DNA from: Octopus bimaculoides
Taxonomy: Eukaryota
Assembly (NCBI RefSeq): GCF_001194135.2
Contig: NC_068984.1
Coordinates: 27,160,655 to 27,224,654, forward strand
Reading direction: 5' to 3'
Length of the DNA stretch: 64,000 nt
The notes under the pieces were generated by a model. The model was not told where the DNA came from. It made no database searches and was given only the letters and a program-made list of their open reading frames with translations. This document shows positions 1 to 13,199 of this stretch, piece by piece; the stretch's first letter is position 1, and every line of letters starts with the position of its first letter. The translations under genes were made by a program, and so were the position numbers.

Positions 1-109
1 TGTACCCAGATATGCACCTATACATACAGGTGGATGTCGGTATGCACATACCTGTACGTATATATGCATATACTCATTTACTATTTGTTTTTATATGTAT
101 ATATATATA

Positions 110-182
<73 letters not shown>

Positions 183-468
183 ACATGGTCGTTTTTCTCT
201 GCTTGTATGTGTATCCTCTCTAATACAATATCATGTTTCATTCTGTTATCATTTGCTCGCCTAATCCTCTATATTCAATACCATCACGTGACACTACTAG
301 GCAACTTGGTACAGTCTTATGATTCTTCTCTTGTTTCAGTCATTAAACTGCGGCCATGCTGGGATACCATCTGGAATAATTATTTATTCTATTAGCCTCT
401 TTTGCAAACCAACACCGGCGGTCAAATGGTAGTGGGGGGACAAACACAGACACAACGATACACACACA

Positions 469-504
<36 letters not shown>

Positions 505-1087
505 TATACACTATATATATACATATATATATATATATATANNNNNNNNNNNNNNNNNNNNNNNNNNNNNNNNNNNNNNNNNNNNNNNNNNNNNNNNNNN
601 NNNNNNNNNNNNNNNNNNNNNNNNNNNNNNNNNNNNNNNNNNNNNNNNNNNNNNNNNNNNNNNNNNNNNNNNNNNNNNNNNNNNNNNNNNNNNNNNNNNN
701 NNNNNNNNNNNNNNNNNNNNNNNNNNNNNNNNNNNNNNNNNNNNNNNNNNNNNNNNNNNNNNNNNNNNNNNNNNNNNNNNNNNNNNNNNNNNNNNNNNNN
801 NNNNNNNNNNNNNNNNNNNNNNNNNNNNNNNNNNNNNNNNNNNNNNNNNNNNNNNNNNNNNNNNNNNNNNNNNNNNNNNNNNNNNNNNNNNNNNNNNNNN
901 NNNNNNNNNNNNNNNNNNNNNNNNNNNNNNNNNNNNNNNNNNNNNNNNNNNNNNNNNNNNNNNNNNNNNNNNNNNNNNNNNNNNNNNNNNNNNNNNNNNN
1001 NNNNNNNNNNNNNNNNNNNNNNNNNNNNNNNNNNNNNNNNNNNNNNNNNNNNNNNNNNNNNNNNNNNNNNNNNNNNNNNNNNNNNNN

Positions 1088-1181
1088 ATACACCAAACAG
1101 TTCGGCTGTTTTCGTTACGCGAGCGCTTGCCATACGAGCACCAGCAATTTGACCTCTTTGAAAGTCCAATAGATCTGTCAT
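1088..1181 (-). mobile_element. Tc1-like transposase N-terminal (paired-like HTH) fragment, cut by a gap
   Basis: MTDLLDFQRGQIAGARMASARVTKTAELFGV matches the Tc1 start pattern (L.DF.RG.I.GAR..G.S....A.L.G.). Confidence 0.75.
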
Positions 1182-1373
1182 TTCAATGAATTTTAATTTC
1201 CTTTTTCTGATAATATCTGAAAAGAAACAGCAGTTTTAGCAAAACATATTAAGCAACACTAATAATAAATTTAAAAAAAAAACGTAAAAATAAACAAGCT
1301 TTTGGCAGTTTTATAGATATTTCAAGACTATGATACTATGATACTAGTTGTTTCCATTATTTTGTCCAACCCC

Positions 1374-1404
<31 letters not shown>

Positions 1405-1413
<9 letters not shown>

Positions 1414-1570
1414 ACGATCTTATTTCAGTTTCCGTTTTCCAAATCCACTCACAAGGCTTTGGTCTGCCCGAGGTTATAGTAGAAGGCACTTGTCCAAGGT
1501 GCTACGCAGTGGGACTGAACCGAAAACCATCTAGTTGGGAAGCAAGTTTTTTTCCACGTAGCCACGCCTG
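1405..1570 (-). mobile_element. tRNA-derived SINE, head and body portion (family 'AB')
   Basis: Reverse complement reads gcgtggctacgtgg...ggttcagtcccactgcgtagcaccttggacaagtgccttctactataacctcggg; homologous to 2780-2925 and 3780-3910. Confidence 0.85.
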
Positions 1571-1643
1571 ACACACACACGCACAATTCAATTTAAATGT
1601 GCCCATTAATGTACCACAAATATTTCTTTCCCTAATTAAACAG

Positions 1644-1692
1644 TATTCTTAATCCTTGATATTAAAACAAGACTCCATAATGCTTATATAAG
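1644..1692 (+). CDS. Candidate internal coding exon (xFLILDIKTRLHNAYI-R), unknown protein
   Basis: Acceptor tatttctttccctaattaaacag and donor AAG|gtaagt; only one of three frames is open; no homology recognised. Confidence 0.3.
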
Positions 1693-1799
1693 GTAAGTTA
1701 TTCATGTTTATATCGTATCACTTCCAGCATTGCATGCTGCAACAGAAGCATACAAGTATCTCAAGAGCTCTAGCCCATATCTCAATATGTATCTGCTGG

Positions 1800-2250
1800 A
1801 ATCTCAACGATGCTTACGGGGAGCATCCTGCATCTTAAAGGCTGTAGTCTGTAGATCCAGGCCCACACAATTCGATGGCATTACTAGCCACTACACGAGT
1901 ATAGCAGTCAATATTTTCAAAGGGAAATTTACACAGCCTATACGCTTTTTCAGTGCAGGGACGGGGAAGACTACACTTCTCTGTCCCACTTAATGTGAAA
2001 ACTCCGGTATCAACGAAACGACTTCCCAATCATGGAAAGGAGTATCCTTAACAAGGCCCCAATGTTCGTAAATGCACCTTCTTGAGACATTGTATATACT
2101 GCAACAGACTGCAGTATCGATCAACAACAAAAGTGGTTTATCCTCTTATTGTCAGAAAAAAATACTCACTATTAATGAACTTCAACTCCTAGACAGTTTA
2201 TATATCAGAAAGATCACCTTAATCCTTGCTGGCCCATATGTAATTTCTGG
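1800..2250 (+). mobile_element. Degenerate Gypsy-like LTR retrotransposon integrase C-terminal remnant
   Basis: Frameshifted peptides DIVYTATDCSIDQQQKWF and ELQLLDSLYIRK resemble the GD.VY.R.Y...KW.PG...Y.V.L.DG...RRH tail of Gypsy pol. Confidence 0.35.
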
Positions 2251-2661
2251 GTAACCTCGCTTGTTGCCTTAATGAGATCATTTGTTTTCTGCTTACCATC
2301 ATCGTATCTGAAACTCTTAACTAAGAGAGCATCAGATAGTTGTGCATGGTACGCAAACTGAATTATTACCCGTGCCATCTGACAGACTACCTCAACACAT
2401 GTACGACTCGTCCATTCTCCATCAGAAGCTGACACCGCTAATGCCACTGAGCTCCCAAACCCTACATGCCACCGACAGCCTGAGGTAGCTTAACTGAGTC
2501 CTCCATCACGTGCTAGCATATATAAGATAATCTGATGTCGCTATTGCATCAGGTAATTCAAGCGACCTGAACTGACCAATGGAAGCTCCCGTCAAATATC
2601 CTTACTTACAAACTGATTTTAAATCCTTCTTAATCTGAAACGATGCGACTAACACATGTAC

Positions 2662-2709
<48 letters not shown>

Positions 2710-2779
2710 CGTGACGTAGGAAAATAGATTACTTAACACACACGCACGCGCGTGGGTGTACATATGGTTGTCATGTAAT

Positions 2780-3135
2780 ATGTGCGTGACTGTGTGGTTA
2801 GAATGTCATGATTCTGGGTTTAGTTCCACAGTAGCACCTTGGCAAAATCTTTTCTACTACAGCTTCGGGCCTACCAAAGCCTTGTGAGTGAATTTGGCAG
2901 ATGGAAGCTGAAAGAACTCTGTCGTATATACATATATGTGTGTGAGTGTGCTTTTCTTTGTGCTTGGCCCTGAGCGTCTCTTGACAACCACGTTGGTTTG
3001 TTTACGTCCCTTTAACTTAACAGTTCGGCTACAGAACCGGCAGAAAAACTATTAGACGTTAAAAAGGTGGGTCGGCTTGTTCGGCAATAGGTTTCAATGT
3101 ACAGCATGACCACCGGTAATAAGTAAATAATAAAA
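2780..3135 (+). mobile_element. Near full-length tRNA-derived SINE (family 'AB') with internal (TG)n
   Basis: Head gactgtgtggttag..., body gcaccttggc...ccaaagccttgtgagtgaatttgg, tail ...cagcatgacc...aagtaaataa; multiple homologues in the window. Confidence 0.8.
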
Positions 3136-3514
3136 AATAAAGACATACAAAACGAGAGTACAGAATGTCATTATATTAGAGACTTTTGTAGAATCGTATT
3201 GTTATACTTGGGGAGGGTCATATTTTGCCAATTAAACACAGGCACTATTTATTTGACCTTCACTTTAGCTTTGTTATTATCATTTTTAGTTTATTTGTCT
3301 GTCAATGTTTTGTCGTCTCACATTCTGTGATCTCTTCAACGGCTTTCTGTCACATGTGTCTACTACCCTTGTCTTGCCTATTCCCGGCAAGCAGGTCTTA
3401 TAAATTGCCAAATATTATTGGGAGCAATAATAGGCGTGAAACTAATGGTAACTTTGTGACCTACCATAACCAACGGCTACTTGATATATATATATGTATA
3501 TATATATATATATC

Positions 3515-3915
3515 TTTTACCTTTTACTTGTTTCAATCATTAGACTGCGGCCATGCTGAGGCTCCATCTTGAAGAATTTCTAGTCGAATGAATCGACCCC
3601 AGTACTTACCTTTTGTTAAGTCTAGGCTTATTCTATTGTTCTTTTTTTAAACCGAACTGCTAAGTTACAGGGATGTAAACACGCCAGCAGCGTTTATCAA
3701 GAAATTTTAGGGGACAAACACAGATGCAAAGACATGCGTATGCGCACGCACACACACACACGCACACACACATACATACATACGACGGTCTTCTTTCAGT
3801 TTCCGCCTACCAAACCCACTCAGAAGGCTATGGTCAATCGAGGCTATAATAGAAGAAACTTGCCCAAGGTGATACGCAGTGGGACTGAACCCGGAACCAT
3901 GTGGTTGGAAAGCCA
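3515..3915 (-). mobile_element. Near full-length tRNA-derived SINE (family 'AB')
   Basis: Tail ttttacttgtttcaatcattagactgcggccatgctg at left; head ...gtgggactgaacccggaaccatgtggttggaaagc at right. Confidence 0.88.
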
Positions 3916-4142
3916 TTATAAATGAAATTTTGAAATCACAGTTCTCATGCTTCTGCCAAATAATAAAACATTTAGGCTCTTCTTTAATATTGCGTAATTC
4001 TTGTAGTTTTTGGCATTTTTGATTTTATTAAAACAGTCACACCGACTACATATATAAATTGCACAACACACACAAATATATATGTCCAAACATACATACA
4101 GACAGACATGCAGATGTGCGCGCGCACACACACACACACACA

Positions 4143-4192
<50 letters not shown>

Positions 4193-4589
4193 TAGATATA
4201 TGAAATATTATATTCCATTATATCAACCAATTATTCAATAAATCATTGAATAGCCCATTACATATTCTGTTCAACAATTGTTGCCTAATTTAAAATCTAG
4301 GAAAATTTCTGCTGGTAGAATTAAATGTTAATTAGTGTTAATTGCTTGATTAAAGTCTATGCAGCTGAATTTATACTCCGGATTTCTCTATCTTGAGCCC
4401 TGTAGCTTAACTAGTCAGATGAGCAATGTTGTGTTAATACAAGCAACCAGTGATAAAATATTCAATTAAATGAACCAAGGATACCCTGCAGCTAGTTAAC
4501 CACAGCATAAACTATCTCTAATACCATACTGACTGAAAAAATACGGAAGTTTTCTTTAGAAACCGTCTTGCATGAGGTTTTTATTTAGT

Positions 4590-5080
4590 GTACTTCAAAC
4601 CTGATCTAGCAAATATATCATACGCAGATATTAGTTGGTTAAATATAAAATGCATTCCACAGATGCAATAATACGGATAGATCATGATTACGTTTCGTGG
4701 AGGACTATATTGTTTAATCCAGTATGCACTGGTTTATTACAAAGGATGCTGTATGAGAGTCTTTCCATACTGAGATTTTACACTGGTATTGAATGCCATG
4801 TATTTACTGTTGGATATTGTCTAAGTTCAACAGTTTTGTGCTTATGCATTTGGGCGTTTGTATTGAAGTGCTGTGCTTGAGAGGGATAGGAATTTTGATA
4901 TTATTGTTAGCTTTGTAACATCTTTGCTTTTTGCATTGAGTCAGAGGGTAAGATTAATCATTTTAAGATAATGCTATTGAATAGTATCTGAGTAAATGTA
5001 GATGTCCCAAGGCAATTGGTCTTCTGGTAGAAGAGATTGGGAAAGTGGAAATTCCCCGTCTTGTGCTGTTTTGTCCTATT
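4590..5080 (-). mobile_element. Highly degenerate Penelope-like element fragment (post-RT region)
   Basis: Minus-strand peptides CKISVWKDSH...LLHLWNAF resemble the K..WI..L..RA..IC.....WNGFP PLE segment. Confidence 0.3.
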
Positions 5081-5149
5081 TCCTAAGGGGTTTCTGAGTG
5101 TTTTGCTCATAAGTGAAGAAGTAACAGTTGGTGTTGAATGCTTTGTAGA

Positions 5150-5900
5150 AGGTTGATTGCAATTACAGTGCAATTTAAGTTTTCTTGTTATTTTGTCAGA
5201 ATTGAAAGTAATGAAGTGGTTGAATTTTGGTCTTTGATTTTATGTTACCGACTTAAAGAACATATTGAATAATGTAATTCTGGATATAATATAATAGCAA
5301 AAAGTAATAGACATAATCAGAATGCTAATCAAGCAATGAAAAGTAGATTTTCCTGCTGTAACAGGATCTGAAATTTTAGAAATCAATTTTTATTAACTTT
5401 GTTGTTTCTAGAAGAGGTACTTGACAACATTTACTAACTCATTTTGAAATATAATTAGTTTCCGTGATTTCTGATTACAATATCACCATTTTAAAGTCCA
5501 TTAATATAAATTACATGAACTGCATCTAAATCAGTATTATAACAATGGCTTTGATATTAACGACGACGTGAGGCAGAGTTATGTCTTGTCTTCATTGTTA
5601 TTCTCAATTAACTTGAATGGTAGAATGATGGATCTTTTAGCTTTGTGAAGGTCAGCTTATACACACGTTTCAGAAATTTTAATTTTATAGATGAAAATTT
5701 ATAGATGCTCTGATAACAACTGAAGAAAAGAGGCAGACAATGACAGTTTAGTGAATGATGGCCCCCAACTTACAGTAAAATCTAGATATGTCTGTAGGGT
5801 CTCATGTATATGCTACTGTTAAAACATACAAGGGACAGTGGATGAGGAATATTCCTGCAGGAGAACAATTATTTGACGAAATATAGATATTCGCTTTAGC
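5150..5900 (+). pseudogene. Degenerate RTE-type LINE reverse transcriptase remnant
   Basis: DCNYSAI (~NYRGISL) at ~5155; FDINDDVRQSYVLSSLLFSINLN (~GVRQGCVLSPLLF) at ~5550-5620; many stops and frameshifts. Confidence 0.6.
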
Positions 5901-6269
5901 AACTATTTTTTCTAGGAGTTTGAAATAATCAAGATTGATACATAAGACTATTACTGATACAAATCATATTCATCAATGGTGTGGCCTAAATATATTTGTA
6001 AAAGTATCATGTTGTCATTTAACCAAAATTCATCCCTAATTAGATAGACCTATAGAGCAGAGTTGAATTGTGATGGGAAAATAATTACGAAGAAAATGTT
6101 GCATTTTTCTGGATATATTTTCTTCAGTTATGGAAAGATAATTTAACCATTTATGTTAAGTGTAAGATAAAAGAAAGAAATAATATGAGCGAGGGACTGA
6201 GTGGTAAAGTATGAGAGTGCTCACACTTTATGGTACGCCACTTTTAGGCACTTATAGGCAAGAGCTAAT

Positions 6270-6900
6270 TGATGTTGGATTCTGAGAATTTTCCGGTCTA
6301 GAGATGCCCGACCCCACCTTGAGTACTGTTGCCCACTGTGATCCCCACATACGAAGCAACTCATTATGAAAGTCGAAGCACTCCGGAGGTCTATAACAAG
6401 AAAGATAGACGGTACGAGAGGCATTGATTATTGGGGTCGACTAAAAAAACTCAATCTCTACTCTCTCCAACGTCGCCGGGAGCGTTACATCATTTGTGTT
6501 ATGTGGAAAATATTTCATCAATATTGCTCAAATGATGTTAGCATCAATTTTAAAATTCATCCAAGACTTGGCCCCCGTGCTATCCGTCCACTACAAAAAT
6601 CGAACTCTGTACACATAGCAACATTACGTCACAATTACTTTACCTCAACCGGTCCAGCTCTCTTTAATACCATACCAAAATATGTCAACACGGAAACGGA
6701 TCCCATAAAATTCGAATGTTTACTGGAGAAATTTCTTCAAAAAATCCCGGACCAACCTCCTACACCCGGATATGTCCCCAATAATAATAACTCTTTGCTA
6801 GAGTGGGCTATGGTGCCCCATGTATGATTAAAAGACTTCACCAGGTGGTGCTATTGAGTTGGGCATAGCCTGGGCCTATACTGGCCGAAACCTATCAAAT
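6270..6900 (+). mobile_element. 5'-truncated CR1/L2-type LINE, 3' end of ORF2 plus 3' UTR
   Basis: RPHLEYCCPL*SP...KVEALRRSITRKIDG...YWGRLKKLNLYSLQRRRERY...FLQKIPDQP (ORF 6366-6827). Confidence 0.88.
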
Positions 6901-7777
6901 TTATTTAAAGTTTTGACACAATTGTTATTTAAGCTCATGACTGTTTGAGAAAGCTAGTCACTCAGTTATTTGAATAGAGGGAGTGATTCAAATATTAATG
7001 TTAGATTTCCATTTTGCAAAGGGTGAACAATAGTGTCATTGGTTGTAGGTTTGCAAATGATCAATCATTGGTCGTCTTCATATGCATTTCTAACAGCTAA
7101 AGTGACAAAGACAATGTATTGACTATAATTTAATAATGGACAGAAATAACAAGAGACTTGGCTCAGTTTTCTTGCGGATATCTACAGTCTTCGCTGTTAA
7201 ACGCCAGGAAGAGGTACGCACACACATAAAAACTCACACACGCAAAAAGCACACACATATACCGATAAATGTAAAACAAAAGGCCACTGAACGCATATTA
7301 TAGAAGTTAAATATTAGTATTAGCAGTTTATGACCTGCATTAACTATAATTTCAGTCCGATCAATCAAATGTTGTAGCGCAAAGCTGTAGTGCAGCCACG
7401 AGTATCAAATGAGGTTGACCTTTAGATGATGCGTTCATTCCTGTTAGTCAGTTCAAGCTAAGTAGTAGGGCCTGTAGTTGAATAAATGCTAGTTGTTGTA
7501 GTCGTGCAATCATATGACCCAAAGTAAAATTATTAATTTTAATTAATAAGTAAAAGCCTCCTTTAGAACACGTGGTTACCTCACTACTTAGCTCTTCAGC
7601 ATCCAAATGATCAGATGTACATATCTGGAATCATTTGAGCAATGTTCATCTATGTCACAAACTGTTTATATATAAATCAACAATGGGTTTCGGTACATTT
7701 GCCATTTACCAGATTCCACTCATAAAATAATGATCAATCCATGGGAGAAGATACCTGCTCACTGCGCTGATTTGTAG

Positions 7778-7830
7778 GATCAAACTTGAAAAACTACTAT
7801 GGAAAAAGAACTTTTTAAACGCACGACCAA
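7778..7830 (+). CDS. Candidate internal coding exon (R-IKLEKLLWKKNFLNARP), unknown protein
   Basis: tttgtag acceptor and CAA|gtaata donor; single fully open frame, phase-compatible with 1644-1692. Confidence 0.25.
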
Positions 7831-8030
7831 GTAATATGATTTATAAAACATTAATTTCAAATTCTGTATTTTCTCTTTGTAAAAGATTATTTTGTAAATT
7901 GAAACAAAATTTAATCTCAGTAATCTAATGGTGTAATTTGAACGAGAAAATCGAAAAGATCTTCGAGGAATTTGAACCCAGAAAAGTATCAGTCTTTGGT
8001 ACTTTTCTATCATTTTTGTCAATTAACTAC

Positions 8031-8116
8031 GTGAGTAAAATTACATTGTTTGAGTATTTATGCTTGAAAATTTATAAGTAATATGCTTGCTAATATATTT
8101 AATTCTCTTGTTGCAG
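8031..8116 (+). other. Candidate 86-bp spliceosomal intron
   Basis: GTGAGT donor, GCTAAT branch-like motif at 8089-8094, ttctcttgttgcag acceptor. Confidence 0.4.
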
Positions 8117-8571
8117 AAAATAAATTTAGGATAAACTAATTTATGTAATAAGCTCTGAAACAATCCACTCTTTCATAACAATGCTGTTTTTTCTTCTTCC
8201 ACCTCACTTTTTAAATATTTTCTCGACAGCATTCTTTTGTTTTTATTTCCCTTCCTACCTCAACCCCGCTCATTCTTTTTTCTTTCACTCCCGCTTTCTC
8301 TTTCTATTAAACACACACATCATTACTATCTCTTTCTCACTTGCTATTTTCTTTCGCTGATACAATTACTATTCTTTGCTTCGTACTCTTTAAGCTCATT
8401 CCCCACTTTCTCTTATTTCTAATATCCTTTATTCGTCTATATTTGTCTTTCTCTCTCTCAATTACTTGTGTATACATTTTTTTAAATACATTATTTCTGT
8501 TAGTTCCCCAATCTCTTTGCCATTCTCATGTTTGTTTATCTGTTTGTCCATCCGTCCGTCCGTCCGTCCGC

Positions 8572-8643
<72 letters not shown>

Positions 8644-8849
8644 TTGTTTCTCTGATAGTCTGTCTCTCTATCTGTGTGCTAGTCTGTCTGATTGCTGTCA
8701 GTGTGACTGCAAGTCAGTCTATCTGTCTGTCTGTCCGTCAGTGTATCTGCTTTTTTGCTTGCCTGTTTGTCGGTCTGTCTTTCAGATTTTTCTTAAAAAA
8801 GCATATAACTTAATACACATGTAAATACACATACACACGCATGCACACA

Positions 8850-9192
8850 CATCGCCTCGCTCGTTTCGCTTCATGCTCTTGCTTGGCGAGGCTGGGGTCA
8901 TCCAAGGTTAGTGGTCTCAGAGACGTCTTCATGCGTAGAGTTGACCAGGTCCACCAGTGCTCACAATCGCTGGCGGTTCCGTGCCACCTTCTCTGCATCC
9001 TCCAAGGTGACGCTCAGCCTCCGGAGATTTTCTTCAATTACATCCAGCCATCTTGTACGGGACCTTCCACGAAGCCTCTTCCAGTGCGCAGCTGCAGCAT
9101 CGATGGAGAGCAAAGCCCTTGTACGAAAATTGAGGAGACGGAGGACATGCCTGTACCAGCACATCCGCCGGATAGTTATGAGATGGGAGGCC
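8850..9192 (-). mobile_element. 5'-truncated RTE-clade LINE 3' end
   Basis: RMCWYRHVLR...WKRLRGRSRTRWLDVIEENLRRLSVTLEDAEKVARNRQR matches the RTE ORF C-terminus (R..WYGHV.R...RPRGRPR.RW.D.I..DL). Confidence 0.85.
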
Positions 9193-9231
9193 GCGTGCGC
9201 ATACATACAAATATGTATGCATGTATATACA

Positions 9232-9466
9232 TAGTTGGCCAAAAGTCACTCGACAGTAAATCAAACTACCATAAATACTTAAAATTCAATTTTATTTATT
9301 CATTCCAATTATGAATGTTTAATAATTGAATGCTGTGAGTTAAGATCAGCGTTGTTTTTCAAAATTTGCCTATTTATTAGCGAAGTCACTAATAAAATAA
9401 TTTTTTGCTTCAGTCTTGGAATTAAATGGCTTTGACTTACTGTCAAATGACTTTTGGCCAACCATA
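9232..9466. mobile_element. Tc1/mariner-type MITE with ~33-bp imperfect TIRs in TA-rich context
   Basis: Left gttggccaaaagtcactcgacagtaaatcaa vs reverse complement of right gttggccaaaagtcatttgacagtaagtcaa. Confidence 0.78.
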
Positions 9467-9488
9467 TATGTACGTATGTATGTATGTA

Positions 9489-9521
<33 letters not shown>

Positions 9522-9961
9522 CCACATATATATGCTTACATATGTGTGTGTACATACATCCACACACACACAGATATACATACAGACACAGATGCATATA
9601 ATAGTAACCCTAATATGTGTGTATGTACGTACGCGTATGTCTGTGAAATTGTCCGTATATTTGTTTAAGTTCACGTGTGTTCAGCGGTCGAGAAGAAATG
9701 GCCTTACCGTTCATTCTTTCAAAAGATGTTGTTTGTTTCTTGTTCCGTGTGTAACCGTGACCACGATTTAGTTCAAAACATTAGTAGATTATACCTCGCA
9801 GGAAGAGAAAGGACATCTGAAAGGATACCAGCCATAGTGAACTTTTGTCTCAGTTATGCAAGTATAGAAGAGTGGACGTGAAAACGATTATGATAATACT
9901 TATATATACATACATACACGCACACACACACACACACACACGCACATATATATATATATAC

Positions 9962-10006
<45 letters not shown>

Positions 10007-10929
10007 NNNNNNNNNNNNNNNNNNNNNNNNNNNNNNNNNNNNNNNNNNNNNNNNNNNNNNNNNNNNNNNNNNNNNNNNNNNNNNNNNNNNNNNNNNNNNN
10101 NNNNNNNNNNNNNNNNNNNNNNNNNNNNNNNNNNNNNNNNNNNNNNNNNNNNNNNNNNNNNNNNNNNNNNNNNNNNNNNNNNNNNNNNNNNNNNNNNNNN
10201 NNNNNNNNNNNNNNNNNNNNNNNNNNNNNNNNNNNNNNNNNNNNNNNNNNNNNNNNNNNNNNNNNNNNNNNNNNNNNNNNNNNNNNNNNNNNNNNNNNNN
10301 NNNNNNNNNNNNNNNNNNNNNNNNNNNNNNNNNNNNNNNNNNNNNNNNNNNNNNNNNNNNNNNNNNNNNNNNNNNNNNNNNNNNNNNNNNNNNNNNNNNN
10401 NNNNNNNNNNNNNNNNNNNNNNNNNNNNNNNNNNNNNNNNNNNNNNNNNNNNNNNNNNNNNNNNNNNNNNNNNNNNNNNNNNNNNNNNNNNNNNNNNNNN
10501 NNNNNNNNNNNNNNNNNNNNNNNNNNNNNNNNNNNNNNNNNNNNNNNNNNNNNNNNNNNNNNNNNNNNNNNNNNNNNNNNNNNNNNNNNNNNNNNNNNNN
10601 NNNNNNNNNNNNNNNNNNNNNNNNNNNNNNNNNNNNNNNNNNNNNNNNNNNNNNNNNNNNNNNNNNNNNNNNNNNNNNNNNNNNNNNNNNNNNNNNNNNN
10701 NNNNNNNNNNNNNNNNNNNNNNNNNNNNNNNNNNNNNNNNNNNNNNNNNNNNNNNNNNNNNNNNNNNNNNNNNNNNNNNNNNNNNNNNNNNNNNNNNNNN
10801 NNNNNNNNNNNNNNNNNNNNNNNNNNNNNNNNNNNNNNNNNNNNNNNNNNNNNNNNNNNNNNNNNNNNNNNNNNNNNNNNNNNNATTAATATGGAAATGT
10901 TTTGCAAAGATTTCTTTCCTCTGACTAAG

Positions 10930-11045
10930 GATCTGGAGAATTGAAACACTTAGTTGGTATGCTGAAGCTGATTAGTAAAGTTATTGACATTTTCCCAGAC
11001 AACGTCTATGCTCATACCTCTCTGAACTGCATAAAGAAGAAATAA
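10930..11045 (+). CDS. Candidate terminal coding exon (SGELKHLVGMLKLISKVIDIFPDNVYAHTSLNCIKKK*)
   Basis: Pyrimidine tract tttctttcctctgactaag (AAG acceptor, less common); open to TAA at 11043-11045; phase-compatible with 7778-7830. Confidence 0.25.
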
Positions 11046-11272
11046 TGCGAAAAAAAAAATATTCAGAACAGAATTTAAAAAGTAAAGAAAAAAAAAATCA
11101 ATGTAGAAACAAACATAAACAAGATTACAATAATTTTTGCTTTTTTTTTTTCATTTTTTTTTTTTTGTTTCTCTTTCGCTTTTGTTCTTATTCAAAACGA
11201 TGCATGAATTAGTCAAATTTGCTTTGAGGCGACCTTGACAAATTAAGGAAAATACACAACAATAACAAGCAA

Positions 11273-11328
<56 letters not shown>

Positions 11329-11620
11329 GTAGTAGTAGTAGTAGTAGTAGTAGAAAACAAAACTAAAAAATATCTAAATAGGCCCATTTTTCAATTTCGG
11401 AATGATAATTGAAAATAAAGTCATTAATTTCCGTTGTTTTACTTCATTTATTTCAACTTTTGCAGCAAATTGTTTTATGTATTTATCAATTTACTTATTT
11501 CTAAGGGTGGTATAAACGTAAATACATGCATACATACATATACACACATACATACACATACGCATCTACATACATATATATATATAGATATGCATATGTA
11601 TATATATATAGGTGTGTGTG

Positions 11621-11670
<50 letters not shown>

Positions 11671-12463
11671 GATAGATAGATAGATATAGATATATATATA
11701 CATGTAAGTATATATATATATATATATATGTATATTATATATAATCAGATAATATGTATATATATGTAACTCTGTGTGTGTGTGTATGTGTATATGTATG
11801 TATATATGTATATATAGATTTTCAAATGCTCTTGATTGAGAGAAACTAGATTATATTTTCTTAGAAATTGATTGTTTTTATTTTCGAAATAAATTTCATC
11901 TAAAACACGAGTAATGAGATTATGTGTAACTTGCTCTATTAGACTTAATTCACCGAACCATTCATGCCAGACTTAATTCATTCAAGAATTTTAGGCTGTT
12001 ATCAATTTGTGTTTCCTAATTAGAAATGTGGAATATTTTAGTTCTTAGCTCATAATGCAGATGCATCTTTTCTGAACATATATAATGTTAGTATTTTTCA
12101 TATTGTTGCAAACAGATTGTGTGAAGTATTGAGTTCGATGAAATATTGATGTTAGGCAACCTTTAGATTTAATGCTCTGAAGTGAAGTGTCAAGTAAAAT
12201 TTCAAGTATTTGTAATGCTTTTTCTCGCAAATGAAGACCGCTTATTAATTTTCTTTCTTTTTTTTTTATCTAAGTGAAACTTACTCCATTTTCTTCCAAT
12301 CCTATATTCACATATTAACTGTCTGACCGTGAGTCCCCGATCTGACTCTAAGTGATGCCAGCAATAGTATTAAAGCAGTTTGTTTGTAGCTGCAACTGCT
12401 GGTGTCTTGGCTGGTTTTCTTAGAGCTCTGGAGTTTGGTTTGCCCAGATTTACATTATTAGTG

Positions 12464-12503
<40 letters not shown>

Positions 12504-13199
12504 CGAATAACTTCCTAAACTTTTAGCCAAGATTCTAAACCCAATTCAGATTTTTCTACGAGTTCCTTTCTATTGTTCTTGGCATTTCCACTAAAATAAT
12601 TATGAGAGTCTACTATCAAACATAATAAGTTCTATTGTTTAAGTGAACATTCCTCGGTTAAATATAGTTCAGGAAAGAAAAACCCAATACTTTCCATTGT
12701 TTGACCTACATCCATCTTTCTAACATGTATAAATACAGTACCCAAACTCAGTTCTATTTTTTTCATCTCTTGCCTCTTTTACTTGGCTGCTAGCAAAAAG
12801 GAGCACTTCACGTATGGCTTGTCACTGTGGGACTATACAACTTTCACCTCTCTGCTTGCCAAATCGGAAAGATAAATTCTCCCCCTTCCACCAGTTCTAT
12901 TAGTCAACAAAAGATAAACTTAACTACCTACAAAATGGATAACAGAACTGCAAATAATCTTTGTACAACAATAACTCGAAGTTATATCTCTTGATACGAA
13001 AATAGTTTTAATAAACCAAGAATTTATGTTTTATAATATTTGGTATAGCTTTACTTCTCTTCGTTCATCATGTATATACCATTGGCCATTCTGAGTTATT
13101 TCTCTTATATCAACTTATAATTGTCTTTCTGTCATTTGCCTGCTAAATATAATCGTTACACATACATTACACGTGTTCTTAAATGAATTTTATATTAAT

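Noticed and set aside
9708-9811. Minus-strand exon with strong splice sites (ctttcag / ACG|gtaagg)
   Set aside because: All three frames contain stops and there is no supporting neighbouring exon; could only be non-coding
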